Origin: Ophelia neglecta
Taxonomy: Eukaryota
DNA: 64,000 nt
NCBI GenBank assembly: GCA_965285935.1
Contig: OZ260667.1
Location: 33,480,001 to 33,544,000, forward strand
Direction of reading: 5' to 3'
The translations under genes were made by a program, and so were the position numbers. Positions 37,664-52,800 of the stretch are shown here, in pieces. Position 1 is the stretch's first letter. Every line of letters begins with the position of its first letter. The notes beneath the pieces are model-generated. The model had not been told where the DNA came from. It ran no database searches and was given only the letters and a program-made list of their open reading frames with translations.

Positions 37664-40600
37664 ATCTGCTATGCATTGTTTTGACAATGACTATATCTTC
37701 TTTGTTGTAATAGCAGCTTCTAAATGCTGACTCCCATTACCCAAACCAGCTTCCTCTAGTTTCATAGCTAGGAGCAGTTTTTGTCTTATTTGCACACTCC
37801 TCGTAAAGGTCGGTCCCCCGCACACAATTAAATCTCGTCCGCAAATTGAAGGGCCAATATTAGCAAATATCAGTTCGAACTGCTTGGTAGAAAGACGATC
37901 TGCTGCTTCGTCATCAACAGCTAGCTTACTTATTGGCACGAGAAATATGGCCAACTGTGATCAATGACAGGCATTAGTCCACTGCCCAATAAGGTTCATT
38001 TCTTTGCTTGTTAAGACTTGTTTGTAAAAATCATTTTAGTCTAGCATGTCGACTTTTTTACTGGTAGTGTCCGCTAGCATTCTCTCCGTATGGCGTTTGG
38101 TTACATCAGTCGACAGATGGTTAGAATCGTTAGTTTTTTTTTACACAGCTTTGTGTTTTTATGAAGAAGAATGTGATCGATGAGAGTGGAGTAAGAACTG
38201 CAAAGATATTTATGGAAATCGTACACATATAAGAATGGCCGAGTCACTATCCTGTTTAATAAAACAGGAGAGAGGTCTGGGCCAGAATATGGAATGGGCG
38301 GGGGGGGGGGGGGGGGGTTACTGACACACGCGATCACCGCGTTGACCTGGGTGACCTTAGCAGTGCTTTGCTCCCACAGTTAGCCGAATTAGCTACAGTC
38401 GTGTCCAAGGTAAAACGTTAAACACATTTGGGACAAACCCAGCAGACCTCGGGTCATTATATATAGTGTAGATTTCATTTCGTTGATGCGAATTGGCTAT
38501 AGTATATTTGTGATTCATATGGTCCCTATAGTCATAATACAATATGGTCGGCTGGTGTACGTTGTACATGGCTGTATGTGTTCTCAACATTCCCATGGCC
38601 TTGCTACTTTTGGGTCTCACTCTTCATTCGGCATGACCGCAGGGAATGCCTTTATTGATGAGGGGAATGAACTCCTGTTGCTGTAGCCAGTCTCTTGTCC
38701 TTAAGCCGGTCGTAATTTATGTCTGATGGCACCCTGGGTACCTAACAGACAGGAAACACGAATACATTGAATTACCTTGATGACAGCGACCTACGGAGAA
38801 AAATTCAATATTCACACTAGCCGAGCCTAGATTATTAATTTTGGCTTGTCACTGAAAAATGAAAAATGGTTTCCTTTTTGTAAGTTCCGTGTGGTTGGTT
38901 TGCAGAGTCTATCAATCAAGGACCGTGGCTTGTACAGAAAGTCCCAGGTGGACCGGTGACACTTGTATTTCACCAGCTATTTATACTGCTTTTTCCAGTA
39001 AGTATACAATCTTGATGGTGCTTGTAAAGATCAGGGAGCCTGTGGTGTGATAGATGACCGCCATATACAAGTAGGCTCGCTACCCTAATCCACAGAAACA
39101 TCATTACAGGTTATTTCCTTATCATTATTATTAAGCAATAGCTATTCTCAACCTTATGTCTCCTATTCTCGTATCTTCCTAATTACGTTAGTTATCAGAA
39201 TTGTACAATAGCATAAAACACCCAAAAGCAAAGGAGATTGATTGTGCCTGCTATGTTGAATATAAGGTTAATGAGACAGAGCGATTACTACCCACATAAG
39301 AGGATCTTACAGTCATTATATATTTTTTATATTATATAAGAGATACGGCCTTGCTAAATGCATCATCAGTGTAACTTTTTTCTACATTTGACAGTGCTAA
39401 ACCAGCGTGTCTGTAGAAAGCATCTATGTACGTTTTTTCACTTCCGGGATTTAGGCCTATAGAATGAGGTTTAGCTGGAACATACTAGTGTCTGGTTTAT
39501 TTAAGCCAGTAAGTAATGACACCCATGGGGCGTAGCGTAAAACATATTGTTGCTCAGCAACACTGCAGCCTTCTGCAGTTATTGGTAAGATCTGGAATAA
39601 ATTTATGGCTGGTCAATTTGCACTGTTTGTTTTTCGTCTCCTACAGCCTCGAGGCTCATTTGGAACAGTTTGTAGGCTGATTTATGCTTTGCTAAACACT
39701 ATTGGATTTAGAAGCAACCCTCATGTGTAACAAATCTTTATTTTGTCATATTTGCTTCACTACCTCTATCGTTTGATCGGTTGTTGGTCGGTTGGAGGCT
39801 CCTCTGGCATCAGCACAACACTGAACGTCTGTAAATGTATTGAGAGTCCCGGGAGGTGAAAGTACCCTCTGCAATCATTTCTCTAACTCTTACCCAACAA
39901 TCCAACGGCATTCAAACACTGCTCTAGGTCTGCTAGTTCCTCCGGTCGGGAAATGCTGGGCATATAATTATGAACCCGTGGTCTAGGAATCCTGGATTAT
40001 TACATCTCCGGCCTTGATATAGTACTATATCTAGTTTATGGCGTCCAAGCCCTGCAGGTCTTCTGTGCATTATCAAACGACATTGTGTCCGGGATCTACC
40101 ATCCATGGGACCTCGTGTTTTGTACACCAGCATTCTGGTTGGTAGACATCTGTCACCTTCAAACAAGAAACGGGGGAGTCGATACTGCAAGGCCGGTTTG
40201 AGCATGGTGTGACCTATCAATAAAAGCCACGTGACTACGGTATTTGACTTTTTCGACTGGCGCTTTTTCCATTTGTTAATGCATTTCTTATCATTTCTCA
40301 GAAACCTTTTTACCGTGTTCTTTTCCGTGGGCTTATTGGTAGATAAGATTGGCAAGAGGAATACTGTTGTTCAGAGAGGATTAAAGATGGTATCTTATTA
40401 GTACCTCAAAGAATTACCGATATTCATAGGTTTAGCCAGGCGCTAAGATATCGCTAGAATGGTGTTTTATCGCTTGAAGGCCATACATGCCCGGCTTGGC
40501 CACTTATATCATGTCATAAAGGCTAGCCAACACCCCTGCCTGTCAGTGATCTCGGTATAACGGTGCACTGAGTAGCAAAGCACCTCTTCGCGTGTCACAT

Positions 40601-41950
40601 TGGCGTTTAACCCATCTGTCCTACACCGTCACGGATTACAATAGCTAAACATTGGTCCAACATCCAACATGATTTTTTCCTTTCAGTGCATACTTAAAAG
40701 ATGCTTACTGGAAATATTATCTCAATTGGTGATTTGTTTTAATAGATAGGCCCATTGAAGTTGTAATAGTAATCATAGTTCGGAAGTGAATACCATGCAG
40801 TGCAATTACCTGGGCATAAGAAGCAGGCGTCGGAACCGGCAAGTCACGCCACCGGTATCTGTCAAGCCTTCCAACCGCTTCCGTTAAGCCCTTTGTCACA
40901 GCACAATTGGAGTACGGTGACCTCCATATAAGGGTTAATTGAAGAGCATATTAAAACTACTCATCACTCAGTCTAAATCGAATTCCTCGTGGTCCACGCC
41001 ATCAAATAGATTTTTGTATTGGGTTATAAAAAGCGTATCTTTTCTTTAACGGCCTTCATTGGCCTGGGATGGCCCTGATTGGGTACGTGTAGTTGTGCCA
41101 TTAACTTTATACTTTAATTGATTTCCAGACCATTCATGCCCTTTGCCAATCTCATAACATTTTTTGTCCCTAGGGCTTCATACAAAAACTAGAACTACTT
41201 TTCTGCAATTTAGAACGAAGCTATAGTTTTAAAGGGGGCAGTTTCAGCCGGTCACTGCCAGTTAATGATGATCAACACGAAAGCTCTGTCAACTGATGGC
41301 CGGCGCAGTAATCCGATAAGACAGGTAAGCAAATCGGCGGTATTAGTCACTTCCGAATTTCACAATGCGTCTTCACAAATCTGCTTTGTCAGTGTTTGTT
41401 TGTTTCTATAATGAGCAGGCATGTGTTGATGAAGTATGGCTGTGTTAGATGAAAGATAATCCGTTATTTTGGGAGAGGATGTGGGTGATACGTTTTAGGA
41501 CCCCAGTATGATTGATGCCGATAGCAACCAAATGGTATCGGTGGCCATGTTTATATCCTTCCGCCATACCAATAACACCGGGGTAGCATCAATATCAATC
41601 TCCTGACAACTCCAAATCTAGTTTTGTCGGACGCTCGTCGTATTTCGTTCGGTCTTACCTTGTTGTGGACCCGTGACATATTAACGACGTGTCCCCACCG
41701 AATTCCTTCTTCGTGATTATAACAGTGCCCCTTGAATATTAAGTTCGTAGAGAAAGTTTATAGAGTATGTCTTTAAGATTTCAAATGTCATTGAAGTAAA
41801 ACTGATAAAGAACGCGTGCCTGGCTTACGCGGGAACATTCTTAATGAAATATTTGAGTCAATACAGATTTTTCTTTGTTTACATTTAATAATTGGGTTTC
41901 TTGGTGATGGTAAGAATGTCAGCACCAAGACACTCCAGACTTCATCTCCT

Positions 41951-42097
41951 GTCACCCCGTGTGACAGTTCAAACCTCATCACCGGTCAGTCACCGCCAGC
42001 GGTTTCTCCACCAATCACGAGCCTTTTGTTGAATGTCACCCCGCGTGAGAGTTCAGACCTCATTTTCTGTCAGTCAGAGGTTTCTCCACCAATCACG
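41951..42097 (+). repeat. Diverged direct repeat (~65-bp core, 84-bp period, 2 copies)
   Basis: GTCACCCCGYGTGASAGTTCA...GGTTTCTCCACCAATCACG at 41951 and 42035. Confidence 0.75.
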
Positions 42098-42559
42098 TGC
42101 CCAAGTTTGACTTTCAGCCCACGTTCTGAAGAGATTATAGCTCGAGCAGTCAAGAAATTGAAGGAAAAGTGTACCACGAAGCTTAATTTTTAAGCGTAGC
42201 ATGACATAAAACACCGCTTTTCCCAACATCGCAGCCGTCCCTCCACGGGCCTGTAAAGGTATTGTCCTACACACTAGATTTATCGCGATTGTTGGTGAAA
42301 AACTGCTATCCCGTTTGTGGTGATATTGCTCATGTCGGATGAAATGTTTGACCAAGGCGCTAAAATGAACTAATTGCTGTCAGAGTTTTATTTTTATTGA
42401 GAAATGCAATGACGGAGAAGCTGCGAAGCGAGATTATTTCAGTGAATTATATTTGCTATAATAATGTGGTTAGTTAAGCCTCCCTACCCCCATCCCCTTC
42501 CCCACCTCCACCATCTGTATCACCACTCATAGTATCTCCAATATTATCCTCCTTCCATG

Positions 42560-42731
42560 TACACATATAGTTATGTGAACCCACCGGAGCGTACCTACAT
42601 TGATTGAATCGCCGATGTAGGCATCGGTATTATTGTTGTATATAAATTTCACCCTCTACATAACTATGTTTGTTAACATTGTTTGAATTAATGTATTGAA
42701 TGTAATGCTCTCATTGAGTTGAGGATAATAA

Positions 42732-42773
<42 letters not shown>
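42560..42773 (+). mobile_element. 3' end of a non-LTR retroelement (LINE/SINE-type tail); 5' limit uncertain
   Basis: AT-rich UTR-like tract, then a short hairpin-forming motif (CTCTCATTGAGTTTGAG), AATAAA and an (AATC)~10 tail at 42734-42773. This layout is typical of CR1/L2-group 3' ends. Confidence 0.5.
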
Positions 42774-42774
<1 letters not shown>

Positions 42775-45700
42775 TGAAAGATTCGTGGAAAATACGGAAA
42801 CCTCTGAAGCATCAAGAACAAGTTCTACCGGTGTGATACTTGTTATATAACATGGTCTAGGCCTTAAACAATAATAAATAAATGATTGTATATATACATA
42901 TAATAGTCCATTATAAATGTATACCATACAAGTTAAGCCCGTGATTTGTCAGTCTGTATCTGCAATGAAACATGTTTTGAGGCTTTTAAAACGCTCATTA
43001 TTACAGCACTGATAGCCATATTAGTTTTATTTTTGTGGGGAGCCTATGCAGTCATGTCCTCTGCCATTCTGCCTGCGAGGAAGCTGCACGTTTGATGTTC
43101 AGTAAAGCTTGAAATTGGTGCAATTATGTCATCATTTAGGTCGTTGTACATTCGGCACTAATATGTTGGCATGATCAAATCAAATGGGACATGTCTTCAA
43201 GGACCTTGAGGCAATATAGTAGTGTTTACACTGGTACATGTTATTATAAGGACCCTTTTGCTTGGCAGACACCCTAGCGTTCTTTATATATAACGAAGCA
43301 TTGGCAGACGACCAGTCAGCCATCTGTCTCTGGTGTCACTGCCGGCAAATTACTCACTTTCTTCTGTCCCAACCAATTCCAGTTGATTTAATTTACTTGC
43401 CGGATGAAGGGTTTGTTTTAAACTGTACCCCGAATGTAATTGTGATCAGAAAATTCGCCCGGCAATTGTTTTTCTATCGGTACAAGCAGCCGCCTGCTGC
43501 CGTGCCGCCTTGGAAATCGGATTGCCTCAAGAGAAGAATCGGCCAGAGGGACTCCAAAAAAGGCACCTGAGTGGCTTGTTGTTTGGTTATATATCTTAAC
43601 GTAACTCGACTTTCATTCCGATGTATGTAGTGCTCCAGCTCTGCCAGTTATTCATGTATGCCATTACGTTTTTTTGAACAGATAATCCCCCGCGATATGC
43701 TAGAATCACATTTTCCCTTTTACACTGTTGACTCATCTGAGCTGTCGAATTCGTTGTCGGGAGTGGCGTATGAAGCAGAGCATAACAATAAGGCAGAGTC
43801 CCACCGTACTTATATTACCATCTCGATCTCCCACGCACTAATGCCAGTATAAAAAAAGAATTAATATGACAGGTTTGGAGAGAGGTTATTTTACTCACTC
43901 TACATGCAAATAGATCTAACGGATCTCAGAGTTTGTTGTGTACACTGACCCAAGGCTTGGATCAATATGCTCGATATTAGTATCAGGGAAATCGACGTGA
44001 AATCACACATATCATCTTCATGCGCATTCACTGTATATACTTGTGAACTTCTACTTAGGTTTTGAAGTGCAATGAAAAGAGTTCCTGTACAAAGTTTAGT
44101 GTTTACCAGCCTGCCGTTATTTATTACCCTACCGACCGATCACACACTATTTTTTCCGGTACGTATGGCGATGTCACCACTTGCCTAAATAGATTTGCGT
44201 GTAACAGAGACAATCCTTTACCCTGTTAAAGCCTGCTGCAAGAGAACACCGTTTTCAGACATGATCACCGAGCTTTTCTATGGTCAAGGCTGTGGAATAA
44301 TCCCGCGAGTGGAGCTCCTACCTCTGTCTTGTAGATAGACATACCACCGTACTCCACACATTCAGAGCAATACCATCGGAATTTAAACAACTGGAGTGAA
44401 TCCGCAACACGACTCACCCAAATCAAAGCCTGGCTATTCCTTTTTTACGGCAGAGAAATGCAAATTTATTTACCCAGCGAGAACCTCTTATACCGCCCTC
44501 CCTAAAGTTGCGATTCTTTATTGCATCCTTTTGCTTGGCGGCATGAGCTACATAAACCTATACATAACAGAGCGTGTGAAAAGTGGTTATATTGTTTTTT
44601 GAAGCAGCAGCAACAGGAATGCAGGGGACCATACTTTTGTCATAGATATTGCATGTTTACATACTGTTGTTGCACGGGTTGGTCTCTTACACCATCAGTG
44701 GCTTGTTCTTAGTTTATATAGTGTAATGGGCATATGGTTAAAGGATATTGATTGTAGTTTGATACGGCGGGGATTTGTGGGAGCTTGGCAGCGCTGTCCA
44801 GGGGAATTGTCGCTTTCTCTCTGCAGTAAATGACACCCTGCCCGCCCTATTGGCCATCTAGTCTGTTCTTCATTCCGCCTGCTTCCACATCACAGATTCC
44901 AATATTATGTTTTTTTTGCATTTTTCTAGGGGGGGGGGTGGGGGGGGGTTGCAAGGGGTGGGGGTTCGGGTTGCAGTGACAGGGTTCAATAATGTAATAT
45001 TAATGTGAGAAGAGTTGCTGTTGTTGTTGTTGTTGTTTGGGGTTTCACTTGTTTTTTTTTACGTTTTACTTGAGAAGAGTTGCTGTGTTAGAACTGCTTG
45101 TAAACCTTGCTTGGGTTTTTTTTTTGGTCACTTGTGGTTGCATATGATAATTAAGCACCTGACATTCGTACTTCCTGCCAACCTTGGACATGCAGATCAG
45201 AATTGAATGTCGCTGGCACATTAATTTGCTTTCTGATCCGTCGGCATTAGATTATATCAAGTGGGGATCTGGTGGAGAACAGGCCCCGGGGCTGGTCTTG
45301 GTAGACCTAGACTTTCACTCGCCGTCCGGTTCACCCTTCAATTAAACGTACTTGGACCAATTATTTGCCCTGAAGCGTATGCTCGTCTGGCGAATGACTC
45401 TCCTAGGGACGTGGACAAGAGGATTTTGTACTAAACGAGCAAAATTAACAAATAAATTCTATAAAAGTCAAACCATAAATGATCGTTTGTGGTGGAAATG
45501 CCTGACCACACTATACTGGTCTGTCTCTGTTGTGACTAATTTCATCACACTAGCATCGAAAAGTGACCACAAAAGTGACCACAAAAGCGACTGTCCATTA
45601 CTATTTGTGCGGTTTGTTATATTATAGACACAGGATTACTGCCGAATAAGCTTGTGTTAGTGAAGAGCCCAAATAAACCCGGTAATTGGTGACTAAACAA

Positions 45701-48700
45701 GATAAATTGAAGCTGAAGGAACCTTCATGGACTATCAACAGTGTTCAGCATAATGAGAAAAGGATCATCCATTATACACAAATTACCATGTTGTCTTGCT
45801 TCATTTACCGCGAATCATCATATTTTGGAAACCCAAAAATCCTAGTAATGTTCTTTCATTCAATGTCCGTTGTGGTTCTCATTTGCCCCATTCATCCACT
45901 GGCTCGACGCGCTGGTGTGACCACACCGGAAGTAGAAAAAGTGCGAGCAAGCTGGTAAAGGAAACGCATCAGTCGTCTAACGTTGTGGAGAATTCAAATC
46001 GAACAATCCCTTTAATGAAGGCGAACTTGTAGTGACAACATAGGACTCAACCTTGAATTAAATGCAATTCAGGACTCCAAACGATAAAAAATACCCATTT
46101 ACATCAATATTGCACACTGTGGTGAGCCATTGGGGTCCTTGAATTCCTTGGCGAGGAAGAGTATTGAGTAGAACTATATTTTCGTTGCTAAAAGTTGGTC
46201 TCTTTATCCCTTTGTTTTGTTTACAAGATGTCTTGTAGCTTTTATCTCGATGCTCTCTCAGATGCACCTCCACCCTGTCGTTTAGGGTTAAACTTTAATA
46301 CTGACAGTTGGTCTAATTTAAGACCCCTTATGTGTTTTTTTTTACATATTCATGCTTAGAAACTATTAACAAATTATTCAATTACAATAATAAGTTTATT
46401 ATTCAGGCAACGTAGTAGAATAGTTTGATTGAATCAAACGGGCTGAATTCCTACAACTTGGTTATGCTTATAAATCAAGAATTGTTTTTACCAAAGATGG
46501 CATATCATATGTGTTTTCATTGGAGTTGTAGGATCATATACAGATTCCATAGGAACAGGTATTTAGAAATGACTAAGTAACCTATCACTTACACTACACT
46601 GTGTTTTTTTTCAAGTGCACATGTCATTTATAATGATACAATTGTCATGTCAGGTTCTTAATACTACTATTGTTAGAAAAGAAGTTCTGTTATAAGCTCA
46701 CGGAAGCACCAAAAACTATTTTTCGATTTTCGAATAGTGAAATTCTCATTCGGCGAGCATGCTTTAAGATTAGTTTGTGTAAGACTATGCATGTGTAATT
46801 TCAAATTAAGGATATTTATACCGTCGAGGAGATTCATAATATGATTGATGACCCTTCTTTAGAAGCTCATGTGTATTTTCTAGTTGCAATTGCTGTAACA
46901 CATACCCAATTAGAGGCTGCAAGGGCTTTGAGTGATCAATTCCGCTCATCCTAGGGCTAGGGGCCCTGTGCATCTGCTTCATGCTGATATAACATCGTAT
47001 TATGCAGGTGCACATGTTTAATCACAATAAAAGCGTGACTGGTTCAATTTACATCTTACTGCACCATCAAAGAGATTTAATACTCTTTCCTCTTTAATGT
47101 GCAAGGACCTATTACATTATTCTCTTGTCTTTTGTTTATTAAAGTCTCGGTATCCGGGCTCTGCGCCGTCGACGCTGTGGGTGAAAAAAGAACACCACGA
47201 CACTGGCCCCGGTCGCTAGCCACTCTCAGTGAACGGTTCGGCCATTCATACGGCGTGCGTAGCACCGGATACAGGGAAACGTATTTAGAGACACTTTCAT
47301 ATATAGTCCGTGTATTTTGCGAGAGCTTAGACTATCATAGACTATCTAAGGGCATACTCCATCTTTATCCTAGGTTGACCACTGATTCGTTTGTTCTGTG
47401 TTAAGAAACGCATCATGGAAAATCTGTGACTACTTCTTATTGCAAGTGATATCAAGTGTTATTATGGACTCTTCTCGACTAGTTGTTTGGCTTTTATGAT
47501 TTAACTGAAACATTTTCCCAATATAATCCCTTCCATCCCATGATTCAGTTCTCTCATTCTCAATCCATGAACTTTTGACAGAGACATTGATTGTTATGAC
47601 TGCCAAGAAACCAAGAAATATGGAATAAGTAAATAGCATTAAAGGTTTTTTTTACTAGGAACATATCTTTTATAGCAGATTTGGCAGTTGTCTTTAAAGT
47701 GCGCAAACCATCTAGGTTGCTTTGGATTATATCTCTTTAAAATTCAGGATATACTACGATGTAGGATATCACAACCCTAGCCATATTTGCGGACAGACTT
47801 TGTGAATAGCTTCAGTATTTCGCCCGAAGATATCAGCGACATGGTCGAGGCCGCCGTTAGTGTTTGTGTCACAAATTTCACAGATAACTAATTGACGGCG
47901 CCCCTTTGTCCTGCGTTAGTGTACACGGGTATTTAGGACACATACTTGAATATGACTCTTCTTTATTTCATTGTTCCCCCCAAAGAACTATGCCTCGCCT
48001 TAGAAGGCATCTATTTGGAGGCTGCTCACCTGATATCGGGTGCAAGACCTCGGACTTTCGCATAAATTGGCTAAATGATGTCGGCTCAGGGAATCTCGAG
48101 TACCGTCGCAAAACTGCTAGGCTACTTAAATAACATGACATTGTCAACCACAATACCTTTTCTCGATTATATAGTTATATCCTAGCTAATGTTCCTCATC
48201 GATATGACACAAGAACCACATTTGAAAACTATTGGCGTCCTTTTTTTGTAGAATTTAACAATATAAAAATTTATTTTACAATAAATCAATTTCTCACTGG
48301 AACAAACTGCCTCTCGACACTCGCAGGTGCCACAACAAAAAACAATTCAGATTGTCTATACGACCGATTACTGGCCGACCTTCCAAGTAATATAACATGG
48401 GATCTCGCATTGCCCAACTATTTTAGCTCTATGCAGGCTGTCTTGTAGCTGTCTCAATTATAACTTATTCAACAATCACTGCGCACAGGCGCCCATTTGT
48501 GAATGCGTGATTGATAACGAGACCTCCTAGCATTTCCTCTTTGTTTGCAACCGTTTTTCTTCTAACCGTGGCCCATTAATCGATTTTTGTAATGCTCAAA
48601 TATTCAACTATAGGGATTTCACATGTCTCCCGAAAGTATAAATGATTTCGTCATTACGTCGAGGAGGTTCTCAGCCTAGATACCTCGGCTGTTTATTTTA

Positions 48701-49396
48701 CATCTAGCTTTCAAGTTTATTATCTTAACCTCTGATATAGTATAAGGTATTTCTAAAAATCTACACTATTTTGTTGTCGTAAAGTGTGTACGCGCATTAA
48801 TGATTTTTAAAGACAGCTGCTCACTTCACGCTAGGGTCAAATTGTGTTCATGGTTGCAAATGTTGTTTTCTGTAGTATTCAATGTTCTTCTGTTGTCTAT
48901 TGTCACAATTTGTTTTTGTAAGTCTCAATGTATGCTACCGATAGACAGTATAGAGCATTTTAGTAACTGTAAATTTGAACACACTTTTTACTGAGTTGTC
49001 AGCAAGAGCGAACGGATTATTCACGGTTCGACATCCTCGGTATCTATGTTGTGTTACCACTAGACTACGTTAATAATTTTATCTCTGATAATTTACTAGG
49101 AATCTACACTATTTCGTTGTTGTAAAACTGATGTGCATTAAACATTTTCTAGAAATCTAAACTTTTTATAGTCGAAAATCTGGGTAGGCCTACGCTTATT
49201 AATTGTTTTATTTATATGTGTTATAAGTGCTGTTCAATTTGTTTTAGGCTGAACTGTATAGGTGCCAATTATTTGTCTTATTTATTAGTGGCGCCTAGTT
49301 TTTTGTCAGGATTCTTCTGTGGTCATTTTAATATTTGCAGTATTTAAAAACCTAATAAATGCAGTTGCTCATTTACGTTACATTCAAGTGCACTTA

Positions 49397-49804
49397 GGGA
49401 GCGTTCATTATTTATGGCCGGGGGGGGGAGGGGGAGGGGGGGTGGTGGTAAATTTTTGAAATGAGTACGTCAAAAAAAATTGCCCCCCCCCCCCCCTGGA
49501 AATAGATGGGAAAAAAATTGCCCCCCCCCTCAGAAATAGGTGGAAAAAAATTGCCCCCCCCCCCCCATCAAGAACAGAATTTGTCTAAGTATGATCAGTT
49601 TCACTACACACTTTTGTACAATATATATTTCTAAAAAAAATTGCGCACCCTGTGAATAGACTAAAAAAAAACTGTCCCCCCCATGGAAATGGGTTGAAAA
49701 AAAACTGTCCCCCCCATGGAAATGGGTTGAAAAAAAACTGTCCCCCCCAAATTTACCACCCCACCCCACCCCCCCACCCCCGGCCATAAATAATGAACGC
49801 TCCC
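49397..49804. mobile_element. PIF/Harbinger (Tourist-like) MITE, 408 bp
   Basis: TIR GGGAGCGTTCATTATTTATGGCCGGGG / CCCCGGCCATAAATAATGAACGCTCCC with TTA on both sides (49394-49396, 49805-49807). Internal repeats of an A-run/C-run/TGGAAAT unit. Confidence 0.88.
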
Positions 49805-52800
49805 TTATGCTTGGTGCATTTCTCCGTCGTCGGGTTGTTTCAACTACATTTCATCAACCTATTTTTATTTGTTTTCTTTTTCATGATTGTAATTTTTAGA
49901 CAATTTTTTTTGACGGTTAATACTGTATTTTATAACTAATGACACGAGAGAAGAATGACCTTCTGCATCGAATGTTTTTCATAGCAACATATTTTGAAGG
50001 CAACACACTTTCATGTTGTCTGCCGTGGAAATATCTATCCATTTTATATGTGTGCCATTTAAAGGAGCTTCCATTTAATGACAGGCCAGCCGAAGATGCA
50101 TGGTTGCTTATGTATTTTATGTTTTACATATTTACATAACTCCAGTGTATCGGTATTCCGATGTTGTTTCCTTGCTCCGAAAAATTTTAGGCGTTTAAAC
50201 TGTTCGTTTGTATTTCAGTTCACCTTGCACTATTGCTCATAATATTGCAAACTGAAGAAAACTTTTGATGAGACACATGAAACATTGTATAAACACTTAA
50301 AATAAGATAAATACTAGCAATTCAAATATGAAAGTATTTAAGGCATACAGAGCTGTTGCATATCATTTTCATCCATGTTTCCAACCTACAGTTTCATTTC
50401 ATTCAATATAACGTCCTTTACTTTTTACCGTTCATAATAAGTCTTCTCGTAGAATAATATGGCAGGACTACAATTCTACATCGATATGGTAAGAAGTTTA
50501 CATATCCGTCAGCAAAGAATCATTTTTGTAACGATGAATTAGTTGTTGCTTCACTTCTAATTAATTTGTTTGCCCTTTGCGATAAATAATGATAGATCTA
50601 ATTAGTAGCAGTAAAGCGCATTTTCTACGTCGATATATCTAATTGGGCTTAACGATCCGAAATGAGGTAACTTGTATCAAACGCACAACTCCAATATCTG
50701 CGATAGTATCGTAAATTCTAGTATTTCCCTCGGCACACCCGGAAATTGAACAATGAAGCTTTCCTGCTCGATCGAACACGTATGTTTTTTGACAGTAAAA
50801 CACGGCACGATTCATATTGGTCCAGGATGTTCCTTGCGCAGTACAATACAGAAGTAATAACAAAATTATGGAGGACCATTTTCTAAAAAGCAAACTTCGA
50901 AAGAATTAATATTCACCATTTCCCCAAAAAATATCAGTGCCACTGATAATTAAATAAGAAGCAAATAAGACGAATGGTTTGATTTAGTTTGTCTTTAACC
51001 AATCCTTCCCCATTTATTTACTCTATGTCTTCTGATCATGATTGTGTGCTAATACCAAAGAATACCATGACAGAGACCCCCTGACCGTTTGTTTCCCAAC
51101 AGGAAGCTTTTTTTAAAGGAAACATTTTAGTCAGAAAAAAAAACATCTGACCAATTCACTTAGAAGATTTTTTTTATAAAATAGAGCTCAATAACCGCTT
51201 ACTTTTTCTATTATCCCCAAGTAAATAAAATTAGACAGTACAATAAATGATAAACTATACCCAACTTAAGACACTAAATGACCCACATGGTGTCTATGTG
51301 TCGTTAAGCCCCAAAAATCCAAAGCTAACAGGAAGCTTAACCATATAAAGAAAGTGTTTGACACTTCACAATATTGATTTTCTGCTTTTAATCGCCAACA
51401 TATTTTGCACGAATTATGTAAGACAGGTTGAGCCTTTTCTTTGAGACTAGCGCATATTGTATCATTGACCAACATTGACTACTGGCTCGTTTTTTTTTGT
51501 GCTGTGACTCGCATCATGGAAAAATTGAAACTTCGTCTGTTCAATTTCGATGTTTTCGATGTTTTGGTTTGTGAACTTACAGCTAACGACTCTTGACAGT
51601 ATAATCAGCTATTCTTGAGCAATGACTTTGTCTTGTTCTCGGTAATTCACTCCCTTTTAAATCTAATTTGATCACTGCTAATACCAAAAAAACCTTATTT
51701 TAAGATGCTCCAGATCTTTGTTAACACACGACGGGCATATGTTTTCATATGTTTTCATGTGTACGAGGACAGAGGTACGTCCGCGAATTCAGACGTCAGT
51801 TTCCATTGGATGCCGCCATACCAGTATCCTTATGACAGCAGCATAATAGAGGAGTCGCCACCTATCCAAGCGTTTATTCTTCTGGGCTGGCTTTATTTAC
51901 GAGGCACATATTGCTTTGCTGTGAACATCGTTAATCTAAAAAAACCATGAGCTACGCCGGTTAAACTGAACACCAGGAACTACAAATCAACAAACAGTTT
52001 ATTTGTATTCAAACGTAGCCCACAGCTCGCAAACAAATTGGACACTGTACTAAATTGATATCGCTACATTAAAAAGTCACTATCGGCAGTTTATTATCGC
52101 TTGATTTTCAAATTTTCTATTTCACCTTTGACCTTGCGTATGCCTCGCAATAAGGGCTGTACCGTTTCCAACGTTTCATATTTGATACTTATGTTCAGTC
52201 CGCTTTGTGAATCCCAACGCGCTTGGGTTATCGTATCAGTAATAGAATGCGTACCTTGTTGTTTAACGATCATAATGGAATGACTTGAACATTAGCCAAT
52301 TTACCTTCAAAGACATTTTGGTAAATTTGTTTGAGCAAATATTTGAACAAGTAACCAAGAACTTTTATACAATCAGTGTGTTTTGTATTATTGGAATATG
52401 TACAGTTGTCTATGATTAGTAGTGTTTCTTTGTCTTTGTATATTTTAGAGCACCCTTGTATTTTCATTGGAGCTTTGCCTCACGTCGAGTAAAACCAATG
52501 ATTCCTCGGTAGAAGTACTTCAGCATAAAGTTTGAATGTTTTGATGGTGCAACTTTATTCGCAGTTGGTCCAGGTTGAGCTTGGTATCAGACAGCTCATT
52601 TAAAGTTTCGGGTCACTGGTAGATTCGGCCAATTATCTTTTCATCGTTTTTTGATTGTCAAGTCATCGTAGTTAGAATTAGTTTTGGCCTAGTGTCTATG
52701 TAAGTCTATTAATGAAAAATATTAACAATTTGGTCATGCAACGTCACTTTACGATCTCTTTGTGAAAACAGAAAACTAACATTTGCACTAGTTTCTTATT

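Noticed and set aside
37466-37710. ORFs with ERET/RDRD or LSLS repeats
   Set aside because: They are translations of a GA-rich microsatellite.
39933-42355. Cluster of 90-140-aa ORFs that might be a decayed transposon or host exons
   Set aside because: I could not identify any motif or consistent splice model.
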